From positions 9,412 through 41,411 of the forward strand of contig NZ_QLIR01000016.1 in NCBI RefSeq assembly GCF_003428155.1: a stretch of 32,000 bases of DNA, written 5' to 3'. Origin of the DNA: Fastidiosibacter lacustris. Lineage in GTDB: Bacteria > Pseudomonadota > Gammaproteobacteria > Francisellales > Francisellaceae. A program made the translations under genes and the position numbers. Below the pieces are notes generated by a model. The model was given only the letters and a program-made list of their open reading frames with translations. It did not search any database and had not been told where the DNA came from. Within the stretch, counting starts at the first letter, position 1. Each line of letters begins with the position of its first letter. Below, in pieces: positions 1 through 10,411 of this stretch.

Positions 1-398
1 TCCAGTTTTTTAGCGTATGGACGTAATTGTCTTAAGCGTTCAATCAAACCAGAACTCACGCCTGAACCACCATGTACCGCAACGCCTGAAGGTTTATTAA
101 TAATCATATAATCGTCGTTTTCATATAAAATAAGCGACTCAAGGAAGTTCAGATGATCTGCGCTGATTTTTATTGATTTGTGATCATCTTCTAATGTGAA
201 CGGTGGAATGCGGATAATATCACCTATTTGGACACGATAGGTTTGTTTGATGCGTTTTTTATTCACCCGCAGCTCACCCTTACGAATCCAACGATAAATC
301 AAAGTTTTTGGCAATTTGCTAAATTGACCGATTAAAAAGTTATCAATGCGCTGACCATTACGATCTGGATCAACATTTAGGTATTGAACTGAAGTCAT
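1..398 (-). CDS. rluC: 23S rRNA pseudouridine synthase RluC, N-terminal part (runs off window start)
   Basis: Minus-strand translation from ATG at 398: MTSVQYLNVDPDRNGQRIDNFLIGQFSKLPKTLIYRWIRKGELRVNKKRIKQTYRVQIGDIIRIPPF...YMIINKPSGVAVHGGSGVSSGLIERLRQLRP; S4 domain followed by RluC-type 'NKPSG.AVHGGSG' motif. Confidence 0.9.
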   Translation of the reverse strand, partial: MTSVQYLNVDPDRNGQRIDNFLIGQFSKLPKTLIYRWIRKGELRVNKKRIKQTYRVQIGDIIRIPPFTLEDDHKSIKISADHLNFLESLILYENDDYMIINKPSGVAVHGGSGVSSGLIERLRQLRPYAKKL

Positions 399-611
399 AT
401 TAGTGCCTTTATTTACTCCGACATAAACGCTTGACGTTGTTGGTAAGTGTCTTGCTGATGAAAAACTTTAGTTAAGTGTACCAAAAAAAATAACAAAAAT
501 GCTGAGAAAATTGAAATCTGTCCAAAAGCAGATTGTGATCAAGATTTAAAAATCGCGAAGGTAATTATGCTGTGATATTTACTCATAAAGCGATGGAGTG
601 CTCGTAAATTC

Positions 612-640
612 TTCGACTTTTAAGCGTGGTTGGTTACAAT
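612..640 (+). promoter_or_regulatory. Candidate sigma70 promoter for kbl-tdh
   Basis: TTCGAC (612-617), 17 nt spacer, TACAAT (635-640), 38 nt upstream of the likely kbl ATG. Confidence 0.45.
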
Positions 641-677
641 AGTCTGGTTTTATTTAGACTATCAAAAAGGACGCATA

Positions 678-1871
678 ATGAATAAAGCATTTTACGATTA
701 CCTTAAACAAGGCATTCAAGAAATTAAAGACGCTGGTATCTATAAAGCTGAGCGTATTCTTAACTCTCCTCAGTCTTCAGATATTACCTTAAAAAATGGA
801 GAGCATGTCATTAACTTCTGTGCCAATAATTATTTGGGGCTGGCAGATAATAAAAAACTGATTGAAACAGCTAAGTTAGCATTAGATAAATATGGCTATG
901 GCTCAGCATCTGTACGCTTTATTTGTGGGACTCAAACACCGCACAAAGAGCTGGAAGAGTTGATTAGTGATTATTTGAAGATGGACGAAACCATCGTTTT
1001 TCCATCTTGCTTTGACGCAAATGGTGGTGTGTTTGAATCACTATTAAATACAGAGGATGCCATTATTAGTGATCAATTGAATCATGCTAGTATTATTGAT
1101 GGAATCCGCTTATGCAAAGCAATGCGTTTTCGCTATCAAAACAATCATATGGCAGATTTAGAAACGCAGTTAAAAGCAGCAGATGAAAAAGGTGCGCGCT
1201 TTAAGCTGATCGTAACTGATGGTGTGTTCTCAATGGATGGTATTATCACAAATTTAAAGGGCATATGTGATTTAGCCGATAAATATCATGCACTTGTCAT
1301 GGTTGATGATTCACATGCCACTGGTTTTATTGGTGAAAAGGGACGGGGCACACCAAGCTTTTGTGGGGTTGAAGGTCGAGTTGATATTATCACTAGTACA
1401 CTTGGTAAAGCATTAGGTGGCGCTTCAGGTGGTTTTGTTGCAGCACGCGCACCAATTGCTGAAATGCTAAAACAAAAAGCACGCCCTTATTTGTTTTCAA
1501 ACTCTCTGGCACCGATAATTGCAGCAACCTCAATTGAAGCGATTAAGTTAGCAATACATTCAGATGAACGCAGAGAAATCTTACAACGTAATCAAAAGTA
1601 TTTTAGACAAAAGATGACCGAAGCAGGATTCAACCTTATTCCAGGACAGCATCCTATTATTCCTGTAATGTTATATGAAGAGAAAAAAGCAGCGCAAATG
1701 GCAGAACAACTACTTAAAAAAGGTATTTATGTCATCGCATTTTCTTATCCTGTGGTACCAAAAGGCTTAGCACGTATTCGGACGCAGATGTCGGCAGCAC
1801 ATACGGTTGAACAAATCGATAAAACTGTAGCTGCCTTTATTGAAGTTGGTAAAAAAATGGGTGTGATTTAA
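678..1871 (+). CDS. kbl: 2-amino-3-ketobutyrate CoA ligase (glycine C-acetyltransferase)
   Basis: PLP-dependent alpha-oxoamine synthase sequence (MNKAFYDYLKQGIQEIKDAGIYKAERIL...TSTLGKALGGASGGFVAA). The ORF track start at 630 is extended; ATG at 678 follows an AAAAAGGA ribosome-binding-like site. Adjacent to tdh. Confidence 0.95.
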   Translation: MNKAFYDYLKQGIQEIKDAGIYKAERILNSPQSSDITLKNGEHVINFCANNYLGLADNKKLIETAKLALDKYGYGSASVRFICGTQTPHKELEELISDYLKMDETIVFPSCFDANGGVFESLLNTEDAIISDQLNHASIIDGIRLCKAMRFRYQNNHMADLETQLKAADEKGARFKLIVTDGVFSMDGIITNLKGICDLADKYHALVMVDDSHATGFIGEKGRGTPSFCGVEGRVDIITSTLGKALGGASGGFVAARAPIAEMLKQKARPYLFSNSLAPIIAATSIEAIKLAIHSDERREILQRNQKYFRQKMTEAGFNLIPGQHPIIPVMLYEEKKAAQMAEQLLKKGIYVIAFSYPVVPKGLARIRTQMSAAHTVEQIDKTVAAFIEVGKKMGVI

Positions 1872-2933
1872 ATGCAAAAAACAATGAAAGCACTATCAAA
1901 GCTAAAAGCAGAACCTGGGATTTGGATGACAGAATTACCCATCCCCGAGGTTGGACATAATGATGTATTGATAAAAGTCAAAAAAACAGCGATTTGTGGT
2001 ACAGATTTACATATTTACTTATGGGATGAGTGGTCACAAAAAACAATTCCAATCCCCATGGCAGTTGGACATGAATTCGTTGGTGAAATCATTGAAGTAG
2101 GCTGTGAAGTAAAAGGATTTAAAGTAGGTGATCGCGTATCTGGTGAAGGACACATTACTTGTGGTTTTTGTCGCAACTGTCGCGCAGGTAAGCGTCATCT
2201 ATGCCGTAATACGGTTGGGGTGGGTGTTAATCGCCAAGGAGCTTTTGCAGAGTACCTAGTCATCCCTGCTGAGAATACTTTTAAAGTGCCAAATTATGTG
2301 GATGATGATATTGCCAGCATGTTTGATCCTTTTGGTAATGCGGTACATACGGCATTATCATTTGATTTAATAGGTGAAGATGTATTAATCACCGGTGCTG
2401 GTCCAATAGGTATTATGGCTGTAGCCATTGCGCGCCATGTCGGAGCTAAACATATTGTCATCACCGATGTGAACGAATATCGCTTAAATCTGGCAAAGCA
2501 ATTGGGTGCAGATATCGCACTTAACGTAAGCGTGTATAAATCAGCACAAGAACAAGCTGATGCACTTAAAAAATGTATGCAGCAATTAGGTATGACAGAA
2601 GGTTTTGACGTTGGCATGGAAATGTCTGGTAATCAAAGTGCTATTCCAGCAATGATTAAAACAATGAATAATGGTGGCAGTATTGCCATGCTTGGCATCA
2701 GTAAGGGAGAGCTCAGTGTACCTTGGAACGATATTGTATTTAAAGGCTTGCATTTAAAAGGCATCTATGGACGTGAAATTTATGAAACTTGGTACAAAAT
2801 GGCAAGTATGGTGGGCTCAGGTTTAAATATTAGTTCTGTCATTACACACCAGTTTCATATAGATGACTTTATCAAAGGATTTGAATTAATGAAGTCTGGT
2901 CAGTGTGGTAAAGTAATTTTGAATTGGAGCTAG
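1872..2933 (+). CDS. tdh: L-threonine 3-dehydrogenase
   Basis: Zn-dependent medium-chain dehydrogenase ([40 protein letters not shown]), immediately downstream of kbl. Confidence 0.95.
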   Translation: MQKTMKALSKLKAEPGIWMTELPIPEVGHNDVLIKVKKTAICGTDLHIYLWDEWSQKTIPIPMAVGHEFVGEIIEVGCEVKGFKVGDRVSGEGHITCGFCRNCRAGKRHLCRNTVGVGVNRQGAFAEYLVIPAENTFKVPNYVDDDIASMFDPFGNAVHTALSFDLIGEDVLITGAGPIGIMAVAIARHVGAKHIVITDVNEYRLNLAKQLGADIALNVSVYKSAQEQADALKKCMQQLGMTEGFDVGMEMSGNQSAIPAMIKTMNNGGSIAMLGISKGELSVPWNDIVFKGLHLKGIYGREIYETWYKMASMVGSGLNISSVITHQFHIDDFIKGFELMKSGQCGKVILNWS

Positions 2934-3063
2934 AGTCTGTCTCTCCATCTAACTGTGTAAATTTTTCATAATTCCAAATTCTGCCTTCAAATTTGATTAA
3001 AAAATGAGACATAGCTTCACTCCAATTGGGAGTATTCAAATAATTGTGTAAATTCATTCCTAG
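2934..3063 (-). pseudogene. Relic of the C-terminal end of an IS256-like (mutator-type) transposase
   Basis: Minus-strand translation [42 protein letters not shown] resembles the W..A...F.I.FE.R. ending of IS256-family transposases. Begins directly after the tdh stop codon. Confidence 0.5.
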
Positions 3064-3103
3064 GTTATGATGATAAAAACATATAATCTAGGAACGAAAG
3101 ACG

Positions 3104-3261
3104 AGAAATAGAAAACAAAATGAAGCTTTAAATCAAGCGCGTGATCTGATTGTTGATTCAGGCGCTGATCTGTCAAATTTATTTAAATCAGAAGGTTTGC
3201 TAAAACAACTCACATAAGGGTTAATTGAATGCGCTTTACAAAGTGAATTAAAATTTGAATA
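3104..3261 (+). pseudogene. Relic of the N-terminal region of an IS256-like transposase
   Basis: Plus-strand translation RNRKQNEALNQARDLIVDSGADLSNLFKSEGLLKQLT*GLIECALQSELK, matching the IS256-type N-terminal pattern (..F..GLLK.LTK.L.E.AL..E...), with an in-frame stop. Confidence 0.7.
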
Positions 3262-3272
3262 TTTCCTTAAAT

Positions 3273-3980
3273 TTATCTAATTTCCTTCAACTGCTCTTGT
3301 GCTTTTGCTATCAGATCTGAATGTGGGTATTTTGCAATGATTTCATCAAGGTATTTTTTTGCTATTTTGCTGTTGCCTTTACTTATTTCCAGTAATGCCA
3401 AGGCATACGTTGCATCGGCGATTTTAATACTTTTAGGATATCGTGTTACAATCGTTTTGAACTGTTGATAAGCAAAATCTATGTCACCATTGATAAGGTA
3501 AATTTGCCCCAACAAATATAAAGATTCTGAATAGTGCTCACCATTGTAATAATCTTTAAGATATTGCTTAAATAAGCCCTCAGCATCTTTATACTTTTTC
3601 GCTAGTAGTGCTTTACTTGCTTTGTCAAACGCAGCGTTATCATTTTCTAACCTTAACTCCTTGGGTGAGGGTTTATTGATTTCTTTTTTAAGCGCATTTA
3701 ACTCTTTTTCAAAAGTCGCAAGCTTGGAATCTATCAACACATTAAGTTGATTGATTTTATAGCTATTGAGCTCAATTTGACCACGTAAGTCATTGAGCTG
3801 TTGACGAAAATCTTGATTACTGACCTTATTTTGTTGATTAATCAAATATTGCACTTGATTGCTCAGCTTAGTAGTTTCAAGTTTAAGGTTTGCAACATCC
3901 GCATTTAAGTTTGCAAACACTAAACCTGGCGCAAAAACAAGCAACACCCCGCATATGCCTAGCTTTCTTACTTTTGTCAT
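3273..3980 (-). CDS. cpoB: Cell division coordinator CpoB (YbgF), TPR periplasmic protein
   Basis: Signal peptide, coiled-coil N-terminus, C-terminal TPRs (YSESLYLLGQIYLINGDIDFAYQQFKTIVTRYPKSIKIADATYALALLEISKGN), last gene of the Tol-Pal cluster. Confidence 0.9.
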   Translation of the reverse strand: MTKVRKLGICGVLLVFAPGLVFANLNADVANLKLETTKLSNQVQYLINQQNKVSNQDFRQQLNDLRGQIELNSYKINQLNVLIDSKLATFEKELNALKKEINKPSPKELRLENDNAAFDKASKALLAKKYKDAEGLFKQYLKDYYNGEHYSESLYLLGQIYLINGDIDFAYQQFKTIVTRYPKSIKIADATYALALLEISKGNSKIAKKYLDEIIAKYPHSDLIAKAQEQLKEIR

Positions 3981-3993
3981 AACTACTTATCCA

Positions 3994-4674
3994 TTAACCG
4001 CATTGTTGACCAAATTCAAGCTCGGTGCGGCGATCCAAATAATAAGCATGCTGACGTGCTTTGGCTTTACATGCCACATTTTCAGTAGCTCCACACATTT
4101 GTGCATAAAATTGAGAAGGAGCCGCAGCAGGTTGTGATTTACCGTAACTCACCGTGCAAACATCTCCTCCTGTTACACCTTGTTGTAACAAGTATTGACG
4201 CACATTATCGGCGCGACGCTGACCAAGGTTTAAGTTATATTTTTCACTTCCGCGTGGATCAGTGTGACCTGCTAAGCGAATCGGTTGATTGTATTTCAAT
4301 AAATAACTCGCTACTTGATTTAAGCAGCTTTTTGCATCAGCGGTAAGCTCTGTACTATCAAACGCAAAATAGACACGCTGACATGACGACATACTATTTA
4401 ATGCTGCCATCATTTGTTGTTGCTGTTTAGGGGTATATTGACCAATATTAGCAATTTGACTTTGCAAGTCAGCAATACTTTGACTATCCAAGCTACCAGC
4501 TTGACCTAGTGCATTTGTTTCAACGTCAGAATTTGTTGCACTTGTCCCCAAACCACCTTCGGGTCCAACTCCTTCAATCGGAGCCTGCCTCTGTGAAGCG
4601 CAACCTGCAACGAATAATATCGATAATAAACTTGCCATTGCCAAAAGATTTTTTTTTGTTTGTTTATTTGCCAT
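3994..4674 (-). CDS. pal: Peptidoglycan-associated lipoprotein Pal
   Basis: Lipobox (FVAGCAS) and OmpA-like domain (YFAFDSTELTADAKSCLNQVASYLLKYNQPIRLAGHTDPRGSEKYNLNLGQRRADNVRQYL). Confidence 0.93.
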   Translation of the reverse strand: MANKQTKKNLLAMASLLSILFVAGCASQRQAPIEGVGPEGGLGTSATNSDVETNALGQAGSLDSQSIADLQSQIANIGQYTPKQQQQMMAALNSMSSCQRVYFAFDSTELTADAKSCLNQVASYLLKYNQPIRLAGHTDPRGSEKYNLNLGQRRADNVRQYLLQQGVTGGDVCTVSYGKSQPAAAPSQFYAQMCGATENVACKAKARQHAYYLDRRTELEFGQQCG

Positions 4675-4734
4675 TTTTAGTCCTTAATTATTTTTTTACT
4701 ACCCGTGATTTTTAGAAAATCAGAATACTATAAT

Positions 4735-6054
4735 TTATATCATCTGTGACCATGCAGGAGATTGCACTGCTCCTACGGTATTGGATGGTAAGGTAATTTG
4801 CACCTTGCCGTCAATGGATACCATCGCTAGATTCGCCCCTCCCCCTACTTGCCCTTGACTGTAGATAATCATATTGCCATCAGGGGAAACGCTTGGCGAA
4901 GAATCCATTTGTCCTTGTGTGAGTACTGTAATTTTTTGAGTCGCTAGATCAACTTTTGCGATTTGAGTACCCGAATTACCATCTTTCTGATACATAAATA
5001 CAATGTTTTGACCATTTGGCGTATACTGCGGATCAAAAGCTTGATTTGGTCCATAGGTTAAGCGCTCAGATGAAGGGTATTTACTGTTAATATCAGTGAT
5101 ATAAATCTGCGGACTCCCGCCCCGATTAGAAACGAATGCTAACTGCTTGCCTGAGGGTGAAAAGGCAGGTGCGGTATTGATACCATTTAAGGTTAATTTC
5201 TTATAAAGCTTATTATTATTCAAATTCATCAAATAAATATTCGTGTTTTCCGAATACCCTTGTGATAAGGCCATAGCTAGTGTATTTCCATCTGGTGAGA
5301 ACGCAGGTGAGCTATTAATACCCTGATAACTTGCCACTTTTTTGCGTTGCCCAGTGTACACCTCAATCGTATAAATCGCCATATTTCCTCTGCTATAACT
5401 TACATAAGCAATAGTTTTGCCATCCTTTGACCAACTGGGTGACATGATCGGTTCTTTTGTTTGACGTAACAATACATGGGGATTAAAACCATCATAATCT
5501 GACACAATGAGCTGATATACGGCTTTTTTTGTATCATAAGGATTTTCAACGTCTACATAGACAAGCTTAGAAGTAAAATAACCTTTGCTACCTGTGATTG
5601 CTTCATAAATGAAATTACTAATTGTATGGGCAACCGATCGTAGTTGATTACTTTTGATATTGCTAAATTTACGTGCACTTAACACACTGTTACTTAATTT
5701 ACTGACTAGCTCATAGCTTATATCATAGCTACCACCATTATCTTGAACCTCCCCAATCACAATGTAATCTGCAGACCATTTGGACCAATTGATCTCACTC
5801 ACACGATTAAGTTTTTGCCGAAAATCCTTTGTTTGTGGCGCCAAACGACCTGAGTTTCTTAAATCATCTGCAATCACGTAAGAAATGCCATCTGGTACTT
5901 CAGTATTTTTAGGGTAGGCACCACTAAATGGCATTACTGCCACAGGAATTTGCTGTGAGACGCCTTGGGTAATGTTAATCGTAAGCCTTGCTTGTACTGC
6001 TACTGTCGACACAACTAAAAAAATCATTGTCAAAGCTTGGAATAGTTTTTGCAT
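4735..6054 (-). CDS. tolB: Tol-Pal system beta-propeller protein TolB
   Basis: Signal peptide, ITQGVSQQIPVAVMPF N-domain and repeated beta-propeller blades (ISSSPAFSPDGNTLAMALS, PSVSPDGNMIIYSQ). Confidence 0.95.
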   Translation of the reverse strand: MQKLFQALTMIFLVVSTVAVQARLTINITQGVSQQIPVAVMPFSGAYPKNTEVPDGISYVIADDLRNSGRLAPQTKDFRQKLNRVSEINWSKWSADYIVIGEVQDNGGSYDISYELVSKLSNSVLSARKFSNIKSNQLRSVAHTISNFIYEAITGSKGYFTSKLVYVDVENPYDTKKAVYQLIVSDYDGFNPHVLLRQTKEPIMSPSWSKDGKTIAYVSYSRGNMAIYTIEVYTGQRKKVASYQGINSSPAFSPDGNTLAMALSQGYSENTNIYLMNLNNNKLYKKLTLNGINTAPAFSPSGKQLAFVSNRGGSPQIYITDINSKYPSSERLTYGPNQAFDPQYTPNGQNIVFMYQKDGNSGTQIAKVDLATQKITVLTQGQMDSSPSVSPDGNMIIYSQGQVGGGANLAMVSIDGKVQITLPSNTVGAVQSPAWSQMI

Positions 6055-6057
6055 TGT

Positions 6058-7050
6058 TTATCCTTGTTCACCAAATTGAAAATCAATACCTTCTGATATG
6101 AGTTTTTTTGCACCAATATCGTTTGGTAAAGTAGGTGCTTGTACGTTTTTAAATGCTAATAATAATGACCGATCACATTGCATATTACCACTAGAAACGA
6201 AAATCGTTGGTGTGCGTCCTGGAATAACCGTCACTGTAGGCAACTGATTTGCACTGATTTTACGGCAATCATCCATTATCCATACGGCTTCAATACGTGC
6301 CTTATACGCTTGAGCATAAGTCTGTAGAGCTTTTTGCGTTGCACTTTGTGCGGCTAGTTCAGCGCTTTGGGCATTTAAATCATTTAATGCTGATTGCTGT
6401 AAAGCCTTTAATGCCTCTTGCTGACGAACTTTGGCTTGTGCTTGTTGCTCTAATTTGAGCACTTTTTGGCGTTCAAGCTCAGCTGCTTTAGATTGTGCTT
6501 CTTGCTTTAGTTTTTGTTCTTTTTCTTTCTGCTCTTTTTGTGCTTTTTCACGTAACACCTGTTGCTTTTTTTCTTCTACTTGAATCTTGAGTTTTTCCTC
6601 TTGTGCTTTTTGTTTTGCTTCTTCAGCAAGCCTTAGCTGTTCTTGACGTACGGCTTCTTGTTTTGCTTGAGTCAGCTTTTCTTCCATTTCTTTTATTTTA
6701 TCCTGGCGTTTGCGCGCTTGAATTTGTTGTTGCTCATAAACTTGTTGCACAGCTTGATAGGCTTTTAACTCTTTATCTAAGTCTTCGCTAGATATCGCTT
6801 GAGCTTGCACAATCTCTTTATTTGAGATGTTTACAAGCGGAAGATTAGCAGTTAGGTTTAAGGTTTGTTTATTACTCTGCAATATTGCCTTTAATGCCAC
6901 CAAACCAATCAGCAAACCAATATGTAATAACACGGAATAAACGAAACTACGACGCTCAAACGTTTTTGTGACACTTACATAGATTAGTTTTATTTGGTCA
7001 AATACTGCTTTTTTTGTTGCCTTACGCATATGACTATCGTTGCGAGTCAT
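6058..7050 (-). CDS. tolA: TolA: TM anchor, long Lys/Glu/Gln/Ala coiled-coil, C-terminal domain
   Basis: Single TM (SFVYSVLLHIGLLIGLVALKAIL), long charged coiled coil, TolA/TonB-like C-terminus, position between tolR and tolB. Alternative start at 7029 (MRKATKK) would avoid overlapping tolR. Confidence 0.88.
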   Translation of the reverse strand: MTRNDSHMRKATKKAVFDQIKLIYVSVTKTFERRSFVYSVLLHIGLLIGLVALKAILQSNKQTLNLTANLPLVNISNKEIVQAQAISSEDLDKELKAYQAVQQVYEQQQIQARKRQDKIKEMEEKLTQAKQEAVRQEQLRLAEEAKQKAQEEKLKIQVEEKKQQVLREKAQKEQKEKEQKLKQEAQSKAAELERQKVLKLEQQAQAKVRQQEALKALQQSALNDLNAQSAELAAQSATQKALQTYAQAYKARIEAVWIMDDCRKISANQLPTVTVIPGRTPTIFVSSGNMQCDRSLLLAFKNVQAPTLPNDIGAKKLISEGIDFQFGEQG

Positions 7051-7465
7051 CGGTTACCAATCCCACACTTGCTACACCCGCTTTTTGCAATAACACCATT
7101 GCTTCTACAACCTGTCCATAGCTTGCATTTTTATCGCCTCGCACATACACCTGTTTACCTTTATCTTGAGATAAGGTAGTACTAATAATACTTGTAAGCT
7201 GCGCTGCTGTAAGCGCGGTATTCTCATTGTTACGATTTAAGAAATATTGCCCTTGCTGATTGACGGTAACAATCAAGGGCTTTTGATCAGTTGGTGGAAT
7301 CTTCTGTGCCTGAGCCTGTGGCAAATCGACCTTGACCCCTTGGGTGAGCATTGGTGCAGTGATCATAAAAATAACCAAAAGCACAAGCATCACGTCAATA
7401 TAAGGAACAACATTAATTTCAACCATCGCCTTACCTGTGGTACGGCGAGAGTGTTTACGACGCAT
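7034..7465 (-). CDS. tolR: Tol-Pal protein TolR (ExbD family)
   Basis: EINVVPYIDVMLVLLVIFMITAPML motif typical of TolR/ExbD. Confidence 0.93.
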   Translation of the reverse strand: MRRKHSRRTTGKAMVEINVVPYIDVMLVLLVIFMITAPMLTQGVKVDLPQAQAQKIPPTDQKPLIVTVNQQGQYFLNRNNENTALTAAQLTSIISTTLSQDKGKQVYVRGDKNASYGQVVEAMVLLQKAGVASVGLVTDDSQR

Positions 7466-8160
7466 TATAGTGCCTCGCTGATACCTGGTTTATATGCTTC
7501 ACGATAAAGCAAAGTACAAAGCTCATCTTGAAAATTCTCATATTCCAATAACATTGCATCTACTGCACGCGAATAGCGGTTATAACCCACAACCGCAGGA
7601 ATCGCAACAAATAAACCCAATGCAGTGGCAATTAAGGCTTCAGCAATATGAGGAGCCACCATTGACAAAGTAGCCTGCTCAACGCCACTTAGCGCGGTAA
7701 AGGAAGCCATAATTCCCCACACAGTTCCTAATAATCCAACGTAAGGCGCAATCGAACCAATCGTGCCTAAAAGTGAAATTTGATGTTCAAGCTTTTGGCT
7801 TTCTTGCATCATGGCAACACGCATTGAACGCTCAACCCCTTCCAATACAATATCACCATGCAAAGCTGACTGTTTACGTAAACGCATAAACTCACGAAAA
7901 CCGCAACTAAATAAATACGACATGCCCTGTGCTTTTTGCTTATTATGCTGTAACTGCTGATAGACTTTACTGATGTTACCACTTGACCAAAATTCCTTTA
8001 CAAATGATTTTGCTTCAAGCCTTGCGCTTTTAATCACATGATAACGTTGGATCATAATCGCCCATGACCAAACTGAACCCACAATTAAAATTAATATAAT
8101 AAGCTGCACCACAATATCTGCATTTAAAACCAAATGCCAAAAAGATAAATTATTGGACAC
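7465..8160 (-). CDS. tolQ: Tol-Pal protein TolQ (ExbB/MotA family)
   Basis: LLGTIGSIAPYVGLLGTVWGIMASFTAL ... IAEALIATALGLFVAIPAVVGYN, overlaps the tolR start by 1 nt. Confidence 0.93.
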   Translation of the reverse strand: MSNNLSFWHLVLNADIVVQLIILILIVGSVWSWAIMIQRYHVIKSARLEAKSFVKEFWSSGNISKVYQQLQHNKQKAQGMSYLFSCGFREFMRLRKQSALHGDIVLEGVERSMRVAMMQESQKLEHQISLLGTIGSIAPYVGLLGTVWGIMASFTALSGVEQATLSMVAPHIAEALIATALGLFVAIPAVVGYNRYSRAVDAMLLEYENFQDELCTLLYREAYKPGISEAL

Positions 8161-8401
8161 ACAAACCCCGCTATTGCTATTAATACAATGGCTTTATTAT
8201 ATGATGATTACATAAATTACCAAAGCCTATTACGGCGAAATTGCAAAAACACTGTAGGATTGTTTGCTTAATCAAAATCAATAAAATTTAAGTGATCCTC
8301 ACTGACATTGCATTAAGACAAATGCTTGCTATTCCAAAAGCAAGTAAGTGTTGAGAATGCTAATTGCCATATTTCACTCTTCCTTTCCTTTGAAGCATTA
8401 A

Positions 8402-9187
8402 CTAATTAATTGCACCCATACTGACACAATGGTAACCAGCATCGACATGAATCACCTCGCCAGTAATTCCACTTGCTAAGTCAGACGCTAAAAATGCAAC
8501 TGTGTTTCCAACCTCCAAAATATCAATATTTCTTTTAAGCGGTGCGACTTGTGCATTATAATCCAACATTTTTCTAAAACTTTTGATCCCTGATGCTGCT
8601 AACGTTCGAATTGGTCCTGCTGAAACTGCATTAGCACGAATACCTTCTGCACCTAAAGATAGTGCTGTATAGCGAACGGTTGCCTCTAAAGCTGCTTTGG
8701 CAACTCCCATTGTGTTATAGCTTGGCATAGCACGCTCGGCACCTAAATAGGTTAAGGTTGTAACGGAGGAGTTTCTACCTTGCATCATTTTACGCCCTGC
8801 CTTTGCTAGTGCTGCAAAACTATATGCACTAATATCATGTGAAATCTTAAATCCTTCGCGTGTTACAGCCGATATAAAATCTCCTTCTAACTGATCAGCA
8901 GGTGCATATGCGACCGAATGAACGATTCCATCCAAACCCTCCCAGTTTTGTCCTAAAATTGTGAAGACATTTTCAATTTGCTCATCACTTGTCACATCAC
9001 ATTCAATCAGTGCAGCAGGATGATAATGCTCCGTGAGCTTTTCAATACGCTCTTTGAAACGTTCATTTTGATAAGTAAACGCAAGTTCAGCACCTTCACG
9101 GTGCATCGCTTCTGCCACACCATAAGCAATCGATTTATTGCTTAGTAACCCAACGATTAGAACCTTTTTGTCTTTTAAAAAACCCAT
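8402..9187 (-). CDS. fabI: Enoyl-[acyl-carrier-protein] reductase (NADH) FabI
   Basis: SDR variant [40 protein letters not shown]; Y...MG.AKAALEA catalytic region; [13 protein letters not shown]. Confidence 0.95.
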   Translation of the reverse strand: MGFLKDKKVLIVGLLSNKSIAYGVAEAMHREGAELAFTYQNERFKERIEKLTEHYHPAALIECDVTSDEQIENVFTILGQNWEGLDGIVHSVAYAPADQLEGDFISAVTREGFKISHDISAYSFAALAKAGRKMMQGRNSSVTTLTYLGAERAMPSYNTMGVAKAALEATVRYTALSLGAEGIRANAVSAGPIRTLAASGIKSFRKMLDYNAQVAPLKRNIDILEVGNTVAFLASDLASGITGEVIHVDAGYHCVSMGAIN

Positions 9188-9367
9188 TGATTTTCCTTAA
9201 TTTTTAATTAACAAACCGATACACCTATTTATTATGCAATAATTTATCATTTGCTGCAGCAACTAACATAGCATGAATGCTAGATTGTGTTACCATACCC
9301 ACTGACTTACTCCATAGTAATTGTGAATCATCTAAAAGCAAAAACAACAGAAACTAAAAGAAAGAAA

Positions 9368-10105
9368 ATGAATAAAACACGAAAAACATTACACCCACGT
9401 GCGCATACTGAGGCCACGACTTATGGTAACGTTCACTTTGATCAATCGCGAGCCACATGGAATATTTTTAAAGTCATGTCAGAACTTGTTGAGGGATATG
9501 AACGCTTAGATGACATACAACCTGCTGTTAGCATCTTTGGTTCTGCGCGCTTGCCTAGCTCTTCCAAGCATTTTCGCGATGCTGAGGAAATTGCACGCAG
9601 GCTCTCAGACAAAGGTTTTAGTATTATTACTGGCGGCGGACACGGGATTATGGCTGCTGGTAATATCGGTGCCTCAAGGGGGGAAGGAGTAAGCATAGGT
9701 TTAAACATTCAATTACCGTTTGAACAAATTCCGAACCAACATCAAGACATCTCACTTCATTATCGCTATTTCTTCACACGCAAAGCAATGTTTGTTAAAC
9801 ATTCAATGGCCTACATTAGCATGCCTGGTGGTTTTGGCACACTTGATGAGCTCTTTGATATTGCAACGCTCGTGCAAACCAAGAAAAAACGCCATATGCC
9901 AATTATTCTATTTAACACTCGTTTTTGGAAAGGATTATTGGACTGGGTAAATACTAAGCTTATTGAGGAAGGCGTGATTGGCGAAAACGATCCCAATCTT
10001 TTGCTTACAACAGACTCAATAGATGAGGTTGTTGATATTATCAGCAAACATCACGAAGAAAACCAAAACAAAAAAGTTGATAAAAAAGCAGAATTTATTT
10101 TTTAA
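9368..10105 (+). CDS. LOG-family / TIGR00730-type Rossmann-fold protein
   Basis: FGSARLP, GGGHGIMAAGNIGAS, PGGFGTLDELFDI motifs (PGGxGTxxE). The ORF track start at 9287 is extended; ATG 9368 preferred. Confidence 0.85.
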   Translation: MNKTRKTLHPRAHTEATTYGNVHFDQSRATWNIFKVMSELVEGYERLDDIQPAVSIFGSARLPSSSKHFRDAEEIARRLSDKGFSIITGGGHGIMAAGNIGASRGEGVSIGLNIQLPFEQIPNQHQDISLHYRYFFTRKAMFVKHSMAYISMPGGFGTLDELFDIATLVQTKKKRHMPIILFNTRFWKGLLDWVNTKLIEEGVIGENDPNLLLTTDSIDEVVDIISKHHEENQNKKVDKKAEFIF

Positions 10106-10114
10106 GGAGTATTA

Positions 10115-10366
10115 ATGGATTACCTCCATCAAGCAATCACGAATCTTTTTCAGAATATTTACTATTTGATTGCAGCCTTTACTGTTATTGTCCATCTTGT
10201 TTGTACACTTGCAGTGATTCGTGATTTGAATAATTTCACAAAGCATAACGTTACCCCACAAATGCTGCCTAATTTTGCATGGGTGATTACCGTATTAATC
10301 AGTGGCATTTGGGGATTATTTATCTACTGGATAATGCATCATTCGAGTTTATGCAGACGCTCGTAG
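10115..10366 (+). CDS. Small two-TM membrane protein, function unknown
   Basis: 83 aa, two hydrophobic helices (IYYLIAAFTVIVHLVCTLAVIRD, FAWVITVLISGIWGLFIYWIM); 9 nt after the LOG gene with an AAGGAG site. Confidence 0.65.
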   Translation: MDYLHQAITNLFQNIYYLIAAFTVIVHLVCTLAVIRDLNNFTKHNVTPQMLPNFAWVITVLISGIWGLFIYWIMHHSSLCRRS

Positions 10367-10411
10367 CCATATGTGAAACAGATTTTAATATATACAAACC
10401 AAGATGAATAA

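Noticed and set aside
3859-4346. Two plus-strand ORFs (92 and 81 aa) overlapping cpoB/pal antisense
   Set aside because: Antisense to well-supported Tol-Pal genes; no family resemblance.
6400-6800. Highly repetitive-looking sequence with possible repeats or a plus-strand ORF (6603..6791)
   Set aside because: It is the coiled-coil-encoding part of tolA (Lys/Glu/Gln/Ala-rich codons); the opposite-strand ORF is a by-product.
8300-8400. Small hairpin (CTTGCT...AGCAAG) and short ATG-started minus-strand frame downstream of fabI
   Set aside because: Stem of only about 6 bp, T-tract not convincing, and the peptide is only 13 codons; not supportable as terminator or gene.
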